Assembly (NCBI GenBank): GCA_041661505.1
Contig: JBAZUF010000004.1
Location: 68,861-132,860, forward strand
Length of the DNA stretch: 64,000 nt
From: Patescibacteria group bacterium
GTDB lineage: Bacteria > Patescibacteriota > Patescibacteriia > Patescibacteriales > JBAZCA01
Reading direction: 5' to 3'
Shown here: one piece after another, positions 17,269 to 25,555 of the stretch
Layout of the letters: every line of letters begins with the position of its first letter
Numbering within the stretch: the stretch's first letter is position 1
Made by a program: the position numbers and the translations under genes
Notes under the pieces: model-generated
What the model was told of the DNA's origin: nothing
Seen by the model: the letters and a program-made list of their open reading frames with translations, nothing else
Databases searched by the model: none

Positions 17269-19062
17269 ATGTTAAATAAAAATGGGTCATTAAGTATTGT
17301 CTGCGCGGCGATTTTTGCCGCCTTTTTATTTTTTCCGTTAATATCAGCCTTTGCCCAGCCTCCAACGAGTGCCGCAATAATATCAAATGATCTACCGGCA
17401 GAAAGCGCTATACGCCAAAATGTTTCTGACTGGTATATAAAAAATTTCGATTCGAAAATAATCGTTAACAAGGATTCAACTTTGGACATAACCGAAGATA
17501 TTACGGCTGATTGCGGTACAGTAAGCGGAAAACACGGAATTTTCCGGATTCTGCCCGAGCGGATTAAGTTTAGTAACGGAGGCGCTATCAATACGCCGGT
17601 GGAACTCATAAGCATAACCGATTTTTCCGGCCGGAGTTTAAAATACTCGGAATCAAGAAACTTTTTCGACCGCACCGTCACCTGGAAAATCGGCGACCCG
17701 AAAAGGGAAGTCCAGAGCGTTAATAACTACCGGATCCATTATTTAGTAAAAAATGTTATCCGTTTTAATAAAGATTTCGACGAACTGTACTGGAATTTAA
17801 ACGGCAATTTTTGGGATTTGGAAACCGATCATTTCCACGCCAATATTATCTTTCCGGGCGAAGTGAATGAAAATAACAGCACCGTCGACTATTATACCGG
17901 GGCGCTCGGAAGCAAGTCCAAAGATTCAGCCGAGTATAAATGGAGCGTGGCGAGCACTTTAGAGTTTAATAGCACAAAAACTCTTTATAACCGGGAGGGT
18001 ATTACCGCTTCAATAATTTTCCCGAAAAATATTTTTACGACTTACCAGGCCGGATTTTTAGAGAGCTATGGCCAATATGCCTGGCTCATTATTCCGTTAA
18101 TTGTCTTTATCGTCTGCTTCCGCTTATGGTGGAAATACGGTAAAGACCCAAAAATGGACAAATCCATTATCCCCGAATACGAGGCGCCGGGAAAGCTCGC
18201 GCCGATGGAACTCGGGATGCTTATGACCAACGGCCGGTTTAGTAATAAATTAATTACGGCGGAAATAATTAATTTGGCCACGAAAAAATTAATCACCATA
18301 AAAGAGATTGATAATAAGATTTTGGTTTTCCATTCCAAGGATTTCGAATTGACGAAAAATTCTTCCCCCGATGCTGAAAGAATATTGACGCCGGCTGAAA
18401 AGGCGATTCTTGAAAGGATTTTTTTGGATGGAGATACGGTGAAGCTATCCGACTTAAAGAATGATTTTTACACCGCGATAAAATGGATTAAAGACAAGGC
18501 GCTTGGGCTTTTGGAAGAAAAGAAATTGTTAGTCGCTTCCAGCCGGCGCTACAGTATCGGCATGATAGTTATTGGCGCAATTCTTATTCCCGCCGCTTTT
18601 GTTTTTGCCGGCTGGTCGATATTTTTAAGCGCGAGCCTTATCGTCTCCGGAACAATCATTTTGATTTTCGGAGCAATAATGCCTAAAAGGACTTTAGCCG
18701 GAGCGGAATTAAACTGGGAAATAAAAGGTTTTAGAATGTTCATGGAAACGGTAGACAAGCACCGGGCCGAGTTTTACGAAAAAGAAAATATATTTGAAAA
18801 GTTTTTACCCTACGCCATAGTCTTTGGCATTACCGGGCTGTGGATTAAAAAAATGAAAGATATTTACGGCGAGGATTTTTATCGGACTTACGCGCCGGTT
18901 TGGTTTATCGGCAATATGGGCTCGTTTGACGCGGACAGTTTGAACGGCGCGATTTCCGGGCTATCGTCTTCAATCGCCTCAAACACTTCTTCGCCTTCTG
19001 GTTCCGGAGAAGCGGGAGGGGCTGGCGGTGGCGGAGGAGGCGGCGGTGGCGGAGGATGGTAA
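17269..19062 (+). CDS. DUF2207 domain-containing membrane protein
   Basis: Signal peptide, an N-terminal ...YIKNFDSKIIVNKDSTLDITEDITADCGTVSGKHGIFRILP... pattern, central TM helices, and a C-terminal poly-Gly tail (GGAGGGGGGGGGGGW). All are typical of the family as I remember it. Confidence 0.8.
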   Translation: MLNKNGSLSIVCAAIFAAFLFFPLISAFAQPPTSAAIISNDLPAESAIRQNVSDWYIKNFDSKIIVNKDSTLDITEDITADCGTVSGKHGIFRILPERIKFSNGGAINTPVELISITDFSGRSLKYSESRNFFDRTVTWKIGDPKREVQSVNNYRIHYLVKNVIRFNKDFDELYWNLNGNFWDLETDHFHANIIFPGEVNENNSTVDYYTGALGSKSKDSAEYKWSVASTLEFNSTKTLYNREGITASIIFPKNIFTTYQAGFLESYGQYAWLIIPLIVFIVCFRLWWKYGKDPKMDKSIIPEYEAPGKLAPMELGMLMTNGRFSNKLITAEIINLATKKLITIKEIDNKILVFHSKDFELTKNSSPDAERILTPAEKAILERIFLDGDTVKLSDLKNDFYTAIKWIKDKALGLLEEKKLLVASSRRYSIGMIVIGAILIPAAFVFAGWSIFLSASLIVSGTIILIFGAIMPKRTLAGAELNWEIKGFRMFMETVDKHRAEFYEKENIFEKFLPYAIVFGITGLWIKKMKDIYGEDFYRTYAPVWFIGNMGSFDADSLNGAISGLSSSIASNTSSPSGSGEAGGAGGGGGGGGGGGW

Positions 19063-19121
19063 AACTGGATGCGGATATTTGGATAAGAGGCAGTTCTATC
19101 TTTTTTAAACGCAAAAATAAA

Positions 19122-19144
19122 AGGCGCTCAAATAGCGTCTTTTT
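19122..19144 (+). terminator. Intrinsic terminator after the DUF2207 gene
   Basis: aggcgct-caaat-agcgtct (one G-T pair) followed by TTTT. Confidence 0.5.
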
Positions 19145-19159
19145 AGTTAAAAAATGGTG

Positions 19160-19203
19160 GGCGGGCTCCTTCCTCAAGGGAGACCCGCCGTTTTGTTGTT
19201 TTG
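19160..19203. terminator. Bidirectional GC-rich terminator between convergent units
   Basis: ggcgggctcc-ttcctcaag-ggagacccgcc (10 bp with one bulge). It is followed by gttttgttgtttt on the + strand and by attttttaac on the minus strand. Confidence 0.6.
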
Positions 19204-19275
19204 GTTCTGGGAGTAGGGCTAGTCCCTTCTCCAATCAGACCAATCGCTACCGCGACCGCGGAAAAAGAGCGGACG

Positions 19276-19419
19276 TCATCCGCCGTCGATGAGGACACGG
19301 AACTCGCCCCCTCCGACTTTTCGCCCACCGAGAACGCGATGGCGTTTGAGCATGGCCAGCGTGTCTTTTCCCAGTCCCAGCTCTTCGAGCCGGGACATGC
19401 CGTAATCGTAAGCGGTCAT
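19276..19419 (-). CDS. 47-aa ORF, possible excisionase/MerR-type HTH protein (absent from the ORF track, below its length cutoff)
   Basis: AGGAGG lies 6 nt upstream of ATG 19419, starting 4 nt after the aminotransferase stop. The peptide is MTAYDYGMSRLEELGLGKDTLAMLKRHRVLGGRKVGGGEFRVLIDGG. LGLGKDTLAMLKRH...GG.EFRV resembles the helix-turn-helix plus wing pattern of HTH_17-type proteins. Confidence 0.4.
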   Translation of the reverse strand: MTAYDYGMSRLEELGLGKDTLAMLKRHRVLGGRKVGGGEFRVLIDGG

Positions 19420-19435
19420 TTATTGCCTCCTGCGA

Positions 19436-20614
19436 CTAGCTGGCTTTTGCAAGCGCGGGATCTCTGACGAAAACGCGCGATTCTTGGCTGGCTTCTGATA
19501 TCGTTTTAATCGCCAGCTTATTGCCTTCAACTGTGTTGCTCCCGACCGGGAGTCGGGTTAGAAAAATGTTTCTGGCTTGGTAATACGCCCGGCGGTCAGG
19601 GGTGACGCAGTTACTGGCGTCAACGATTTTTACTGGGTGTTTTGCCACTTCGCGGATGAATTTTTCCGGGCTGGTAATACCCGGAATCTGAAGCAGGTTG
19701 AAGAAACCAGCATCCATCTTCCTGTGGCCGGGCATAAATTTGTCGAGCGCTTGATTATGCGCCTTCCTTCTGGCCGGATATATTTTGTGAAGGCAAGGAA
19801 TGAGAGTATTGTCCAGGATTCCGTTTTCCATAATCTCCAGTATTTGTGCCTGGACCAGGAAGTTGGTACAGAGGAAGGTGTTGGCGTTTAAGTGGGTGAA
19901 CAGGTCCAAATATTTTTGGTCGGCCAGGATTATACCGCCCGACCTCAACGCGGGAGTCCCGCCCGCCTTTGAATCTGAAACGATAAAGGACGTGCCCGGG
20001 CAGGCGTCAAATGGGAAGGCTTTGTAGCGCGGTAATTCGTCTTCATCAGCCGGAACCTCAAGGTAGGCGATATCAAGGGCGTGGAAAAATTTGCCTACGG
20101 CGCGTTCGGAAACCTTGATGATATTCTCGAATGGCGTCAGGATTCCGGTCGGATTTCCAATGAGCCCCTGGTACAGCGCGGCAACCTGGTTGTGCTTCAG
20201 GCAGTAATCCAGGTGGTCTAAATCCATGCCTTCGTCGGTAAGCCTTACGCCGATGACGGTAAGATCATGAATCTTCGCCGCTTGGAGAAAGCGATCGTAG
20301 GTGAATTCTTCAGCCAGGATTACTCCTTTCCTTGGCATTTTTTTAACAGCCAGAAGAATGGATTCGATAGCCCCCATCCCTCCGTGCGTCACGACCCATC
20401 GCCTCCAGTCTTCGATGCCGTAACGATCGGCCTTTGCCAGTCGCAAAGCGAACATGCCGTTATTGTCGCTCCAGTCGGCGGTAGGATATTGTCCGACCTT
20501 CGGTCCGTGCTTCTCCACCATTTCCCTCGGTGATGGCAGATCCAGGAGGGTTCTTTCTACGACAACGTCGTTTGGTTTTCCCCTCGTACCATCAAACAAG
20601 AAATCCGTGCTCAT
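19436..20614 (-). CDS. PLP-dependent aminotransferase, class I/II fold
   Basis: IGNPTG motif and Lys motif SDSKAGGTPALRSGG (S-x-S-K...R-x-G). ATG 20614 is preceded by AAGGAG, while the track start at 20665 has no RBS. Confidence 0.8.
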   Translation of the reverse strand: MSTDFLFDGTRGKPNDVVVERTLLDLPSPREMVEKHGPKVGQYPTADWSDNNGMFALRLAKADRYGIEDWRRWVVTHGGMGAIESILLAVKKMPRKGVILAEEFTYDRFLQAAKIHDLTVIGVRLTDEGMDLDHLDYCLKHNQVAALYQGLIGNPTGILTPFENIIKVSERAVGKFFHALDIAYLEVPADEDELPRYKAFPFDACPGTSFIVSDSKAGGTPALRSGGIILADQKYLDLFTHLNANTFLCTNFLVQAQILEIMENGILDNTLIPCLHKIYPARRKAHNQALDKFMPGHRKMDAGFFNLLQIPGITSPEKFIREVAKHPVKIVDASNCVTPDRRAYYQARNIFLTRLPVGSNTVEGNKLAIKTISEASQESRVFVRDPALAKAS

Positions 20615-20974
20615 GAAATACTCCTTTGTCAGTCTTGGGGTTAATTCCAGAGTTATGTATTTCACGCATGTTTAAATGCGGTTAAAAAAGTTTTGTAAAG
20701 GGCAATCTCCTTTCTATATTTAAAATCAAGGTTCAAAAAATTTCGAACCTTAACATAGATTATGCTTTTAAATTAAGGTAAAGTCAAGCCTCTAAAGACT
20801 GGCTTTAAGAGACGCAATTTAATATATGAGTTAAATCGTGATCAAGCTGATAGCTAATAATATGGTCAGAGCTATATTGTTCAGCTTTAGAATTTTTGGT
20901 ATAATTAAAAAAATACCATAATTTATTATATTTCTCGTCCCGCCATTAGACGGCTGGGGCTTGCAAAAAAAAGT

Positions 20975-22552
20975 ATGAAGCATCTCAAAAAGATGGTTTG
21001 CGTATTTTCGCTGGCGGCATTAGTACTCGGAGCTATGCCGGCTGGGGCATTTTATTTGGAAATGCCAAAAGCTCTCAAAGAAATTGGCGCTAAGCAGAAA
21101 GTTTTAGGCACTAAATTAACGCAAGAAAGCGGGGAAACTCCGGCTCCATCGGTCGAGCCAGTAGAACCGGCTCCTCCGGCTGATGGAGGAAATACCGGCA
21201 ATCCGCCAGCACCGCTCCAGCCAGTAGAACCTGCCAACCCTCCATCCCAGCCTGGCGCGACTTGCCGAATTGACGGCGTGGAACAGCCGGGAGCTTGCGA
21301 AAACAATAACCAGGGAGGGCAAAGCGGACAAAACAACAACCAATCCAATCCTCAAGACGAGGCGCGGCGCAAAACTCAAGACGCGCAACAGCTGAAAGAT
21401 ATCAAGCGCAATGTTAAAAGGATGGAAGTGGATCTGAAAAGATTTAAGTCCATGTACGGGAAAGCCAAAGGCATGGAGATGACGGCGGAGATCAAGGCCA
21501 ACTTAGATAAAGCCGACGCTATAATTAAGGAATTAAATAATGCCCAAACCGTGGATGAAATTCAAAACATAGATATGGGCGCTCTGGGCGATATTATTAA
21601 TGAGCTGGAAGGAAGCCGGCAGGACATCGAAGAAAACGTCAACCGCGTGCAGGACGTAAAGCGGGGAATAAAGGGCATGATGAACGGCATTAAAATGTAT
21701 GAAAGCCTGATAAAAAAACTGGTCAAGCAAAAAATTACCATACCGGAAGAAATTACCGCTAACCTGAAAAAAGCCAAAGAAATTTACGCCGCGGTCAATA
21801 AGGCCAAAAACTGGGATGAGATGGAAGCGGCCGGAGTTGAGGACTTGCAGGACATAATGGTTTCTTTGGAAGAAAACCGCGACAGTCTGGAGAAATTGGC
21901 GCGCTGGAATGAAACTGTTAAACAATCTGATAAGGAATTGAAAAGCATCGCCAGCGAACTAAAAAAAGCCAAGTCGTCTTTAGCCAGTCTGGCGAAAAAA
22001 GGCTTTGACATGAAAGCTGAATACGCGGAAGCCGAAGAGGCCTATAATAAGTTGAAGGCGGCCAGCGCCGAGGCCAAAAAGAAAATCGCGGCCGGCGAAG
22101 CGGACGACGCTTTTGACCTTATGGAAAACGACGTGTTCGGGCAGATGGAAGAGGTCTGGGGAAAAGTAAAAATAATATCCATGATGTCCAACCTCGGGCG
22201 GTTTGCTTCGGATTTCAAAAAACGGATCGCGGCCGGACAAAAAACAATCCGGGACTTAAAAAGGAAAAAGCTCGCGACCAAAGAGGCGGAAGTGAAATTG
22301 AATGAAATAAATATAAAGGGCAATGAAATTGTCGCCATGATAAAAACCAAGAAAATCGACGATGATATTTTAAGCGCCAAGTTCGACGAACTGGATTCTT
22401 TAGGCCAGGAATTTGAAGAAATTGTGAGCGAGTTAACCGGCGAGACGGAAGAAATGCCTTGGGATGCCGGAAAGGACCAGTTAAAATCCATGGACGTTGA
22501 CTGGAGCGTACTGCCGAAGAAGCAACCGATTATCGACGATACGAACGGTTAA
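20975..22552 (+). CDS. Secreted helical-repeat (coiled-coil-like) protein, unknown function
   Basis: Signal peptide MKHLKKMVCVFSLAALVLGAMPAGA, a Pro-rich spacer (PAPSVEPVEPAPPADGGNTGNPPAPLQPVEPANPPSQP), then four helical modules of about 80 aa. Confidence 0.75.
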   Translation: MKHLKKMVCVFSLAALVLGAMPAGAFYLEMPKALKEIGAKQKVLGTKLTQESGETPAPSVEPVEPAPPADGGNTGNPPAPLQPVEPANPPSQPGATCRIDGVEQPGACENNNQGGQSGQNNNQSNPQDEARRKTQDAQQLKDIKRNVKRMEVDLKRFKSMYGKAKGMEMTAEIKANLDKADAIIKELNNAQTVDEIQNIDMGALGDIINELEGSRQDIEENVNRVQDVKRGIKGMMNGIKMYESLIKKLVKQKITIPEEITANLKKAKEIYAAVNKAKNWDEMEAAGVEDLQDIMVSLEENRDSLEKLARWNETVKQSDKELKSIASELKKAKSSLASLAKKGFDMKAEYAEAEEAYNKLKAASAEAKKKIAAGEADDAFDLMENDVFGQMEEVWGKVKIISMMSNLGRFASDFKKRIAAGQKTIRDLKRKKLATKEAEVKLNEINIKGNEIVAMIKTKKIDDDILSAKFDELDSLGQEFEEIVSELTGETEEMPWDAGKDQLKSMDVDWSVLPKKQPIIDDTNG

Positions 22553-22726
22553 AATGCGGCGGACCAGCGTAAGCACTCTTATAAATCTAGAACGGATTTA
22601 CTCGCCGGGCGTAAAACCCCCGGTGAGTTTTTTACTTGAAAAAAAACGGGAATTGTGATATTAATAAATAATCAAAATAATGGCTGCCTCTAGAATGAAG
22701 GGCAGTCATTTAAGACAGTAAAAATC

Positions 22727-22809
22727 GGGTCGGTACCAAAGCGGTCAACTGGGGCAGACTGTAAATCTGCTGGCTTCGGCCTTCGGTGGTTCGAGTCCAC
22801 CCCGGCCCA
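22727..22809 (+). tRNA. tRNA-Tyr (anticodon GTA), class II with long variable arm
   Basis: Acceptor gggtcgg/ccggccc (one G-U pair), a 3-bp D stem, anticodon stem gcaga/tctgc with loop ctGTAaa, variable arm tggcttcggccttc, and T arm ggtgg-ttcgagt-ccacc. 83 nt. Confidence 0.9.
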
Positions 22810-22815
22810 CAAGAA

Positions 22816-22839
22816 AAACAGCCTAAAAAGCTGTTTTTT
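22816..22839 (+). terminator. Intrinsic terminator after tRNA-Tyr
   Basis: aaacagc-ctaaaaa-gctgttt followed by ttt. Confidence 0.6.
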
Positions 22840-22981
22840 ATTTTATTCGCATTTGACCGGTTATTGCGTAAGATTAAGAAAATTAGTATTGTTAAAGTTA
22901 GCTTAGAAAGTAAACAAGCGGCTCTTTTGGCTCTTTCAAAAAAGTATCCGATATAGGATTTACACTCAACTAAAGGGGGAA

Positions 22982-24391
22982 ATGATGATGGAACTTCCAA
23001 TAATACGTCAAGGAGGAATGGGTATTGATATCTCAATTCCATCCTTGGGCAACAAAGTGTCTCGGCTGGGTGGCTATGGCACGGTATCGGGGGTTGTCGC
23101 CGGTACTGTATTGGCGCGCCGATTACAGCTTGGCGACATCGGCGGACACTATCGTCGCGCTTTAGCTCATTTCCCCTTTCCGGAAATAGCTGAACAGGTT
23201 CTGGAAGCGTACTTTGTGGCCGGCGGTATTCTGCCTTGCGCACAGTTCAAGCCAGTTCCCATGTTCACCTTAAACCCATCCAATTTATTGATAGCGTTGA
23301 CGGTTTGCGCTAATTTTTGCCTGGTTTGGCTGGCAAAAGAGGGACATGGCGGGCCGATTGCAATAAATTTTTTGGAAAAGGTCCAGCTTAGCCTAATCTA
23401 CGGTTTGGTTGGCGCTATGCTGGCCGGTGTTGACGAGGTGACCGCGGGCGCGGGAATTCCTATCCAGATTCCCGGGATCTTGGACGCGATAGCCGCGGGC
23501 CGAAATCCTGCCTATGAGGTTGACGCAACGATAGCCGACAAAAAGGGGACAGTGCGGATAGAATTTGATCTTATAAAATTTTTCCGCAAACATCTTCCCA
23601 AGATGAAACGCCCAGGTTTTATTCCTATTATTGGCACGCACGTGCTGGCCGAATATTTGGCTAGCAAGTGCAGTAGTACAATAGAAGGATTTGTTGTCGA
23701 ACTGCCTCCGGCCGGCGGCCATGTTGTCCGGCCCAGGGGGATAATCCGGTATGATGATTTTGGCGAACCGATATACGACCCAATACGCGACATGCCAAAT
23801 TGGGGAAGAATGGTAAACTTGATGCGAAAGCTCGGGTTGCCTTGGTGGGTCGGCGGCGACTGCGCTTCGCCGGAAAAGTTGGCCTGGGCCAAAAGCATCG
23901 GAGCTACCGGCGTTCAGGTGGGCGGCATAATGGCTTCGAGCAGAGAATCGGGAGAGCGGGATGATTTGCGCCGAAGAAAAAATCGGCTCGCCTATCGCAA
24001 TGAACTATTAGTGAAAACCGATATGTCGGCCTCTCCAACCGGTTTTCCCTTTAAACTCACAAATCTTACCGACAGGGATCAGTTGGCGTTAAGGACGCCA
24101 AAGTGCACCCATGGCGCCCTCGTTGAAGTGTGCATTGACGAAAAAGGCCATGACTTCTACCGTTGTCCGGCTGAACCGATCAAGGATTACTTGCGCAAAG
24201 GCGGCAATATCGAAAAAACCAAAGGCGTGGTTTCCCTTTGTAACGGTTTATTCGGAAATTCACAAATCGGCGGCCCGGGAGAAATACCGACCCAGACCTA
24301 TAGCAGTAAATTTGCGTTTATACGCGAGTTACTCACCGACGAAAACGGTGATTACGGCGTAGAAGACGCCATGAACTATCTTTTGAGCTGA
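22982..24391 (+). CDS. Nitronate monooxygenase / 2-nitropropane dioxygenase-like FMN oxidoreductase (long form)
   Basis: The N-terminal LPIIRQGGMGIDIS...GGYGTVSG pattern is typical of the NMO (TIM-barrel FMN) family. 469 aa, with AAGGGGGA upstream of the ATG. Confidence 0.7.
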   Translation: MMMELPIIRQGGMGIDISIPSLGNKVSRLGGYGTVSGVVAGTVLARRLQLGDIGGHYRRALAHFPFPEIAEQVLEAYFVAGGILPCAQFKPVPMFTLNPSNLLIALTVCANFCLVWLAKEGHGGPIAINFLEKVQLSLIYGLVGAMLAGVDEVTAGAGIPIQIPGILDAIAAGRNPAYEVDATIADKKGTVRIEFDLIKFFRKHLPKMKRPGFIPIIGTHVLAEYLASKCSSTIEGFVVELPPAGGHVVRPRGIIRYDDFGEPIYDPIRDMPNWGRMVNLMRKLGLPWWVGGDCASPEKLAWAKSIGATGVQVGGIMASSRESGERDDLRRRKNRLAYRNELLVKTDMSASPTGFPFKLTNLTDRDQLALRTPKCTHGALVEVCIDEKGHDFYRCPAEPIKDYLRKGGNIEKTKGVVSLCNGLFGNSQIGGPGEIPTQTYSSKFAFIRELLTDENGDYGVEDAMNYLLS

Positions 24392-24420
24392 TGTGCTGCT
24401 CACTGATAACAGCGAAACCC

Positions 24421-24454
24421 GAGCCGTCCATGTTTTTTTTGGACGGCTCTTTTA
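24421..24454 (+). terminator. Intrinsic terminator after the NMO-like gene
   Basis: gagccgtcc-atgttttttt-ggacggctc followed by TTTT. Confidence 0.7.
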
Positions 24455-24521
24455 TTACCTTTGAATAATCAAGCTTTTGATAAAAAATAGCTTTTTTCTT
24501 TAGCCTTGATATAATAATACT

Positions 24522-25400
24522 ATGCCCGAACTGCCGGAAGTCGAAACTATTAAAGATGATTTAAACCGCAAAATTAAAGGCGCGGTGATTTTTGATTTTT
24601 GGACTGACTGGAAGAAGGGGATTAAGATGGATTTGGCGAAATTTAAAAAAAACATAACGGGGCGAAAAATTCTGGAAGTAAAAAGGCGGGGAAAAAATCT
24701 GCTCATATTTTTAAGCGGCAAACTGGTTATACATATCCACCTTAAGATGACCGGGCATTTATTAGTAAAGATGGCTGGCGGCCGGGAACAGGCAATTGAT
24801 AAAAATAGTCATTTTAGCGAAAAAGTAAACCAATACATCCATCATATCTGGTATCTTAAAAAAAACGGGAAAAAATTCCAGATGGATTTTTCCGATTTAA
24901 GGAAGTTCGCGAAGATCAGGTTAATGACAGCCGAAGAACTGGAAAGCGATAAAGAATTAAATAGCTTAGGGGTTGAGCCCTTGGCTCTGGATTTTACCCT
25001 GAATAAATTTAAAAAAATACTGGAGCGGAAGAACAATTGGTTTGTCCGGGATATTTTAATGGAACAGAATTTAATCGCCGGAATCGGGAATATTTACGTT
25101 TCGGAAATTTTATTTGAAGCCGGAGTGATGCCGAAAAGGCGGGCGCATGATTTATCTCTAGGCGAGGTGAAAAAGGTTTATTCGGCGATTAAAAGTGTGC
25201 TGAAAAAAGCCGTGGCCTTGCGCGGCACGTCGGATTCGGACTACCGCGATACTTCCGGCGCCAAGGGTCGGTTCCAGGAAGTTTTAAAAGTTTATAACCA
25301 GGAAGGGAAGAAATGCGCGCGCCTCCGATGCGCCGGAGTTGTTAAACGCGAAAAACACAAGCAAAGGAGCGCGTTTTTTTGCGAAGGATGCCAGCGTTAA
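24522..25400 (+). CDS. mutM: Formamidopyrimidine-DNA glycosylase
   Basis: MPELPEVETI N-terminus (catalytic Pro2/Glu3), an H2TH region, and a C-terminal zinc finger CARLRC...CEGCQ. Confidence 0.92.
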   Translation: MPELPEVETIKDDLNRKIKGAVIFDFWTDWKKGIKMDLAKFKKNITGRKILEVKRRGKNLLIFLSGKLVIHIHLKMTGHLLVKMAGGREQAIDKNSHFSEKVNQYIHHIWYLKKNGKKFQMDFSDLRKFAKIRLMTAEELESDKELNSLGVEPLALDFTLNKFKKILERKNNWFVRDILMEQNLIAGIGNIYVSEILFEAGVMPKRRAHDLSLGEVKKVYSAIKSVLKKAVALRGTSDSDYRDTSGAKGRFQEVLKVYNQEGKKCARLRCAGVVKREKHKQRSAFFCEGCQR

Positions 25401-25550
25401 AAGGGTGAAAAATATTCGGTTTTTCGCTGTGGAACCGCTTCAAATGTAACTAATTAATTCTTGCTTAATGGATGTTTGTCAATGATTTAATCTCACATTG
25501 GTATCTGGCTTAAGTCCTCGCTTCAAAACCGAATATTTTTTACCCTTTTA
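25398..25550. repeat. 26-bp terminal inverted repeat bracketing 101 bp (MITE-like element or long-stem RNA)
   Basis: Left arm 25398-25423 (taaaagggtgaaaaatattcggtttt) pairs with right arm 25525-25550 (aaaaccgaatattttttaccctttta). That is 25 Watson-Crick pairs plus one G-T. Confidence 0.6.
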
Positions 25551-25555
25551 CAGAT

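Noticed and set aside
19017-19050. GGN microsatellite-like tract as a contingency locus
   Set aside because: It encodes the poly-Gly C-terminal tail typical of DUF2207 proteins. The codons are mixed (ggc/ggt/gga), so it is not a pure slippery repeat.
16350-24460. Complete integrative element or prophage next to the tRNA genes
   Set aside because: The window contains no integrase, transposase, replication, capsid or conjugation genes. Only partial tRNA repeats and a possible mini-HTH were found, so I report a mosaic region and do not call a mobile element.
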